From: Deltaproteobacteria bacterium TL4
GTDB taxonomy: Bacteria > SAR324 > NAC60-12
DNA: 11,625 nt
Assembly (NCBI GenBank): GCA_051382335.1
Contig: JBBCAX010000153.1
Location: 1-11,625, forward strand
Reading direction: 5' to 3'
Shown here: in pieces, positions 6,523 to 11,625 of the stretch
How the letters are laid out: every line of letters begins with the position of its first letter
Numbering within the stretch: the stretch's first letter is position 1
Program-made: the position numbers and the translations under genes
The notes under the pieces: model-generated
What the model was told of the DNA's origin: nothing
What the model saw: only the letters and a program-made list of their open reading frames with translations
Databases searched by the model: none

Positions 6523-7320
6523 TTAGTTTTTAAGCTCGTCTTTCGTGGGTGTGCCGATGTGGGGTTGGAGTATGGCTTGATATTTATTCTTCATAAACAA
6601 AACAAAATAGAGACTCATCCATCCAAGAGATAAAGAAGCAGCGACCAAACCAAGGATTTGATCATATTGGTTAGGTCTCATGATTTCGCTAAACATCGGT
6701 CTGTAAGTATAAATCATGATTCCAAACAGTCCTAACGTGAACCCTCTTGCCTGAAGCCACAGCTTATTATTAAAGATCCCAATGATTAACGGAGCACCAA
6801 GAACCGCAATGTGAATATACGTATCTCTTGAAACGCATAAATAAATAAACGCGAAATTCCAAAGGGTGTAACCTATAATCCACTGAATAGGCGTGTCCCA
6901 CGTAAAATCACGATGTTTGCTTTCCATGTCCACTTTTATATGCTTGGGGCCTGGTAAGGTGAATATAAGTAATATCCCCGCCACAGCATTGATGTAATGA
7001 ATATAATGTTCTTTTGAAATATCCTTTAAGACTGCTTCAAGGATATTCAAGGCAAGTATCATATAGCCCACATAAAACGGCCATCTCTTATCCTTCAGTT
7101 GTGTATACCGACACAGCGTAAACCAACACACCCCCATTGTTACAGAATAAATTTTTACCCAACTAAACAGGTTATGACTCCCATGCTCCAACCACCAAGG
7201 AAGTAAGGCAAAGGGTAGAATTAAAAAAACAAACCATGTTAAATATTTATTTCGTCTTAAAATCTCCTGCATTAGCAGAAGAAACAGCATTAAAAATACT
7301 ATGTAAAAAATCATAAGCAT
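6523..7320 (-). CDS. Multi-pass membrane protein, DUF5692-like
   Basis: Several hydrophobic segments. Motifs FSWVKIYS, LALNILEAV, WIIGYTLWNFAFIYLC and WLQARGFTL recall DUF5692 (from memory, not searched). GGAG RBS upstream; visibly AT-rich. Confidence 0.75.
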   Translation of the reverse strand: MLMIFYIVFLMLFLLLMQEILRRNKYLTWFVFLILPFALLPWWLEHGSHNLFSWVKIYSVTMGVCWFTLCRYTQLKDKRWPFYVGYMILALNILEAVLKDISKEHYIHYINAVAGILLIFTLPGPKHIKVDMESKHRDFTWDTPIQWIIGYTLWNFAFIYLCVSRDTYIHIAVLGAPLIIGIFNNKLWLQARGFTLGLFGIMIYTYRPMFSEIMRPNQYDQILGLVAASLSLGWMSLYFVLFMKNKYQAILQPHIGTPTKDELKN

Positions 7321-7342
7321 AATGTTACTCCATCGTTTGGTT

Positions 7343-7362
7343 AACCAGGGCTTGCGCCCTGG
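7343..7362 (+). repeat. 16-bp direct repeat, copy 2, within a perfect hairpin
   Basis: AACCAGGGCTTGCGCC at 7343-7358; hairpin CCAGGGC-TTGC-GCCCTGG at 7345-7362. Confidence 0.9.
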
Positions 7363-7372
7363 CTGTCATCGG

Positions 7373-8194
7373 TTATTTGATCGTGATTGAAAACTCAGGC
7401 TCAGACATCGTGAAACCTTCAATAGCTTTACCTGCCTTCAATTCATCTCCAATTTTTCGTTTATCCCACTCGACTTTGATTCTCAAGTAATCCAAAGGCA
7501 TTTGATCATCAAAAATTGAGCAAGGGGCTTCAGGATCGACTGTCTCTGGAATCTCGACGCATTTGATTTTGCAAGCTTCCAGGGCTTTTTCAATCACACA
7601 CAAAGCAGCGAAGGTGTGACCATTCCAGTTCTTACTTGATCCCGTTGCCTGGAGCATTTTTTTGCAACCATCCACCAGTAAAGTGAAGGCTTTTGCCACG
7701 TCAAAGCCTTCTAGCGTTGCGCTTGTTTCAAGAACCCTTCCGGGCTTCTGCCTCATTCCAACGGTCAAAAGTGGAGTTTCTAACTTTTTGAAACCATGCT
7801 GGATCATGACTGAAAGCATGGCTTCCCGTCTGCGCTGGGATCGGTTGGAAAACACAGAGGCTCTTTCCTCCAGTGCCTTAACCTGAGATTTCAAAGCTTC
7901 AACTTCTGAAAGAATGATTTCCGCAGCCTGGTCGTACTTTTGAGCCACATGAGCGCAAGCCATCAATTTATCTTTCAGGGCTTGCTCAGACTCTGCAATC
8001 AAATCAAATTCCTCATGGGTGGTGTCCTCGTCCAGGTAGCCAAGGGCGGTTGAAAAGATTTCAGAGCGTTTGCTGAGAGAAAGCATTCCCCAGATTTTCT
8101 TTTCTTCTTTGTTCAATTCATCTTTTTTTGTAATAGTTTCCGTTTTCAATACTTGTAATGCTTGCATAAATACCTTATAGGTTAAATTGTTCAT
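7373..8194 (-). CDS. Siphovirus Gp157-like protein
   Basis: Coiled-coil region (EIILSEVEALKSQVKALEERAS), then KKLETPLLTVGMRQKP and C-terminal MPLDYLRIKVEWDKRKIGDELKAGKAIEG...SITIK. Adjacent to a Sak4-like gene, as is usual for this family. Start codon uncertain. Confidence 0.8.
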   Translation of the reverse strand: MNNLTYKVFMQALQVLKTETITKKDELNKEEKKIWGMLSLSKRSEIFSTALGYLDEDTTHEEFDLIAESEQALKDKLMACAHVAQKYDQAAEIILSEVEALKSQVKALEERASVFSNRSQRRREAMLSVMIQHGFKKLETPLLTVGMRQKPGRVLETSATLEGFDVAKAFTLLVDGCKKMLQATGSSKNWNGHTFAALCVIEKALEACKIKCVEIPETVDPEAPCSIFDDQMPLDYLRIKVEWDKRKIGDELKAGKAIEGFTMSEPEFSITIK

Positions 8195-8242
8195 GTTTAG
8201 TTTGGCGTTGCCCTGGCTGGCGGCTGGGACAACGCTTTTTGT

Positions 8243-9127
8243 TTAAGCTGCTTTGCTGGATTGCAAAGCATCCAAAATATCCGATGTGTCGTACTCGTCC
8301 AAGTCTTCAATTTTTTGGATTGGACGCCCTAACACTTCAGAACAGAAAGCGGTTGCCTTGCGGCTCCCGCCCATGCCTGCGGTTGAAAGTTGCTTTCTCA
8401 ACGAAGCTCTTAAAAATTCCAGACTTTCAGAACTGACCTGGGGTTCTTCTTTTTCGGGTTCTTCTTTTTCGGGTTCTTCTTCCTTCTGGATTCCCTGCAA
8501 CAGGATCTTGAACTGAGAAAAGTCAAAATTTTGAAAGGTCATTCCAGCCTTGATTTTCCCTGTCAAATCCCTTGCTCCTTCAATCCTCGTTTTGAAAAGT
8601 TCTGTTCCCTGCTCGTCTGTTTTTCGAAACTGAAACAAGATGAAGTCAAAATCATGGCAGGTGTTGTTTTCCAGATCCGCTTCTTTTCCTCCGGTTTTTT
8701 CCCACCATTTGCCGTCAACTTTGCAATCTTTGGCTCTGCCAATCAAAACAACGTCCATTGGCAAAACAATCAAAGACCGCAAGAACGCTTTCCAGCGTCC
8801 TTTAATGGCTATCCAGTCAGGTTTGACATCGGGTTCTATCATTTCTTCCATGCACATTCCCCATGCTACGCTTGCGCTGTCGATTACAAGGGTTTTGAAA
8901 CCGTGTCCCTGGTGCATTAGGAAGGAAACAGCGCTTTCAATACCTGTAAAATTTTTGGGTTGCTCGGCATACACCTGAAAATGGCTGGTGTATTGGTTGG
9001 CTCCTCGTTCCAGGTCAATAAAAGCAACACTTTCCCCTTTCAAGGCGGCAACGGTTTTTCCTGTCTTGGGTTCTCCCCACCAGATGGCTTTGATGTGGGT
9101 TTGTGACTGTGTGAGTTTTGAAAACAT
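8243..9127 (-). CDS. Phage AAA_24 / Sak4-like P-loop ATPase (putative single-strand annealing recombinase)
   Basis: Walker A GEPKTGKT, FIDLERG, Walker B TLVIDS; strong RBS AAGGAG upstream. Confidence 0.82.
   Translation of the reverse strand: MFSKLTQSQTHIKAIWWGEPKTGKTVAALKGESVAFIDLERGANQYTSHFQVYAEQPKNFTGIESAVSFLMHQGHGFKTLVIDSASVAWGMCMEEMIEPDVKPDWIAIKGRWKAFLRSLIVLPMDVVLIGRAKDCKVDGKWWEKTGGKEADLENNTCHDFDFILFQFRKTDEQGTELFKTRIEGARDLTGKIKAGMTFQNFDFSQFKILLQGIQKEEEPEKEEPEKEEPQVSSESLEFLRASLRKQLSTAGMGGSRKATAFCSEVLGRPIQKIEDLDEYDTSDILDALQSSKAA
8441..8481 (+). repeat. 15-bp in-frame tandem repeat (2.7 units) encoding a KEEEP-like linker
   Basis: GGGTTCTTCTTTTTC x2 plus GGGTTCTTCTT; the protein reads EEEPEKEEPEKEEPQ. 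Confidence 0.9.
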
Positions 9128-9280
9128 ACCTTCTCCTTTTTTAGATGGTTGATAAAGCCGGACGATCCCCTAAAAATCGGGTGACATTTCCATTCCTATT
9201 GAATGAAACCTCGATAAATCAAATTTTCATTCCTGTTTTTTTGTCCATTTTCGTCAACATAATTCCAAACGTCTTTATTC

Positions 9281-9332
9281 TGTTACCGGTCATGTAAACT
9301 GACCCATTAGCGGACAATAAAATTGACCCACC
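9281..9332 (+). repeat. IS21-family left end
   Basis: Starts TGT; two related 19-bp repeats GGTCATGTAAACTGACCCA (9288-9306) and GGACAATAAAATTGACCCA (9312-9330), as typical for IS21 termini. Confidence 0.75.
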
Positions 9333-9405
9333 TTTATTGAAAAAAAAGCCATAGCTTGCTATGGCACTCCCGTTAAAATGATTAATCATTTTTTTTGGGA
9401 GGAAT

Positions 9406-10914
9406 ATGGAAAGGTGGAACATGATTTATAAAATAAAAGCACTTTATGATGCTGGAAACGGACTATCAATCCATCAGATCGCGGAGCAGTTGAAACTGTC
9501 CCGCAATACGGTACGGAAATATCTGCGGATGAAGGCCGATGAGATTCCCGTATATCTGCACAGTGCCCAGCGTGAGAAAGTTCTGGATGAACATCGGGAA
9601 TACATGCGGCATCTATTGGAGATGTATCCCGAACTTTCATCGGGGAAAATGCTGAGAAAGTTGAAAACACATGGTCTGGAGGTTGAAATTTCCCAGAGAA
9701 GTGTTCGGCGTTATATGGCGAGTCTGGTCAAAGAACTTCCATCGATTCCTGGAAGGCGTTATGAACCAGTACTGGATATGGTCCCCGGTGTTCAATGTCA
9801 GGTCGATGGGGGTGAACTGCGGGATGTTATGATCGCGGGACAGTCGACGACCGTCTATTTTCTGGTGTTTGTCCTGTCGTATTCCCGCATGATGTATGTC
9901 ACCGTGAGTTTACGCCCGCTCAACACCGACCTGTTTATCACCATGCATGATCAGGCGTTCCGGTTTTTTGACGGTGTGGTGGAGGAATGTGTTTACGATC
10001 AAACCAAACTAGTGGTGATCAAGGAAGAATTCCGGGAACTCTGGCTCAACCAGCGGTTTCATCAATATGCCAACATCGCGGGTTTCAAGGTGCGCGTCTG
10101 TGAGGGCTATGATCCTGAAAGTAAAGGGAAAGTGGAGGCTGGTGTCAAGTATGTCAAGAAGGATTTCTTTTATGGGGACAGTTTTGGACAGGTGGAAGAA
10201 CTCCGGCAGCGGATGGTGAACTGGATTAAAACAGTGGCCAATGTGAGGGTTCATGGCACAACCCGTGAGGTTCCCTGGGACGTGTATGATCTGCGGGAAC
10301 GTCCACGGATGAAACCTTATTTGAGTCCGAAATGTTTACAGCAGGTTTGTCTGGGAGAAACCCGTCAGGTGGACAAAACATCCCTGATTTCCTGGAAGTC
10401 CAACAAATATTCGGTTCCAGGCCAATATCAATCTTCCTCTGTGTTTGTCAGGCAGGAAGAGGGTTGGTTGTTGATCCACGCTCCGGATTCTAATCAACCG
10501 ATCGCTCGACACCGGATATCCGCCTGCAAGGGAGAAGTGCTCAAGAACTTGAATCATTATCGTTCCCGGCAGGATCAAATTATCCAGTATGAACAAACGC
10601 CGCGATCACTTCTGGGTGATGAACTGGCTCTCAGTTTATGCCAGATTATCCGGCAAACGACTCCGGAAATGTATAAAGATCAGTTGTTGGGATTGAAGCA
10701 CGTGATTGGACAATATTCCTCCGTGTCCCTGCTGCGTCCATGGCTCAAGGACCTGGCTCAACGACCTGAACTGCGGGTGAGTTATATTCGGGATTATTTG
10801 GCGGCGGCCATGAATAATCCCTGGTCTTTGTCCCTGGAAGATCATCTTTTTTCCAGAGAATTAAAACTCTATCACGGGTTGGATCAAAAAACCTTGAGTA
10901 AGGAGGACGTATGA
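9406..10914 (+). CDS. istA: IS21-family DDE transposase
   Basis: N-terminal HTH (SIHQIAEQLKLSRNTVRKYL), PGVQCQVD, LSYSR, YDQTK, KGKVEAGVKYVK and RVHGTT motifs; GGGAGG RBS. Confidence 0.95.
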   Translation: MERWNMIYKIKALYDAGNGLSIHQIAEQLKLSRNTVRKYLRMKADEIPVYLHSAQREKVLDEHREYMRHLLEMYPELSSGKMLRKLKTHGLEVEISQRSVRRYMASLVKELPSIPGRRYEPVLDMVPGVQCQVDGGELRDVMIAGQSTTVYFLVFVLSYSRMMYVTVSLRPLNTDLFITMHDQAFRFFDGVVEECVYDQTKLVVIKEEFRELWLNQRFHQYANIAGFKVRVCEGYDPESKGKVEAGVKYVKKDFFYGDSFGQVEELRQRMVNWIKTVANVRVHGTTREVPWDVYDLRERPRMKPYLSPKCLQQVCLGETRQVDKTSLISWKSNKYSVPGQYQSSSVFVRQEEGWLLIHAPDSNQPIARHRISACKGEVLKNLNHYRSRQDQIIQYEQTPRSLLGDELALSLCQIIRQTTPEMYKDQLLGLKHVIGQYSSVSLLRPWLKDLAQRPELRVSYIRDYLAAAMNNPWSLSLEDHLFSRELKLYHGLDQKTLSKEDV

Positions 10915-11531
10915 ATCCGGTTAAATTTGAGGAAGTCCTCCAATCTTATAAAGCCTTACGCTGCTTCGGCATCGCTGAAAATCTGTCGTCCCTGATTCAA
11001 CGGGCGGAAGATAACCAGATTTCCTATCTGCAATTCGCTCAACAGTTGCTGGATCAGGAATTTCAATGGCGCAATCAAAAACGTGTCGCTCTCAACCAGC
11101 GAAAGGCGGGTTTCCCGGTCATGAAGCGCCTCGATGAATTTGATTTTCGGGCGCAAACCACCATTACCAAAAAACAGATCGCGTCGTTGATGGACTTTTC
11201 TTTCGTTGAGCATCGACACAATGTCGTCTTTATTGGTCCGCCAGGTGTTGGAAAAACGCATTTAGCCATTGCTTTGGGGCAGGAAGCACTCAATCACGGT
11301 TATAAAGTCGCCTTCTTCACCGCCATGGGATTGATGGAAACTCTCGATCTGGCTGAAATCCAGGGGCAGTTGAAACATAAAATCAACGCGCTCCTAAAAT
11401 ATGACCTAATCCTCTGTGATGAACTGGGATATTTGCCCATTAACAAACAGAGTATTTCAAATTTGTTTCAGTTTATCAATGCCTTGTATGAGATCGTTGG
11501 GCTTGGTCGTAAGTTCGGCCACCCTGTCTAA
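10911..11531 (+). pseudogene. istB: IS21 helper ATPase IstB, C-terminally truncated
   Basis: ATGA overlap with istA; GPPGVGKTHLA and LILCDELGY motifs. Similarity stops after FQFINALYE (about 11492); the usual IITTN and DRL motifs are absent and the ORF is 206 aa versus about 250. Confidence 0.85.
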
Positions 11532-11625
11532 AAATTAGTAGAAATTGCAACTCAATCAGGAGTAGTGTATTAACAATTTTTCAAAAATCATGTTAACCCT
11601 CTCACCCGAATGAACCATGCAATCA

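Larger units (their letters stand above)
9281..11492 (+). mobile_element. IS21-family insertion sequence, right part missing or interrupted
   Basis: Left end plus istA plus partial istB. No matching right end was seen in the window. Confidence 0.9.

Noticed and set aside
6506..7362. Integron gene cassette
   Set aside because: No attC-type RYYYAAC/GTTRRRY structure was recognised downstream of the gene and no integrase is present in the window.
9219..9422. 67-aa minus-strand ORF
   Set aside because: It spans the IS21 left end and flanking DNA, so it is a chimeric artefact.

Overview
The left half of the window holds a complete diversity-generating retroelement (DGR), all on the + strand. It comprises an 840-aa secreted target protein (signal peptide, about four PEGA-like repeats, C-terminal FGE-sulfatase/CLec-fold domain) with a variable repeat (VR, 3506-3630), then a coupled HRDC-domain gene, avd and DGR reverse transcriptase, then the template repeat (TR, 5942-6066). 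TR and VR align without gaps over 125 bp with 21 mismatches, all at TR adenines, the signature of mutagenic retrohoming. A TlpA-like thioredoxin gene and a REP-like palindrome precede the target, and a dense ATGCAT cluster sits upstream of the hrdc-avd-rt operon. The right half holds a minus-strand phage-like recombination remnant (AAA_24/Sak4-like ATPase and Gp157-like protein), an AT-rich membrane-protein gene bracketed by 16-bp direct repeats, and an IS21-family element with a truncated istB. DGRs are a known class; the candidate novelties are the non-coding and accessory details. All alignments and counts were done by eye and family names are from motif recall, not searches.
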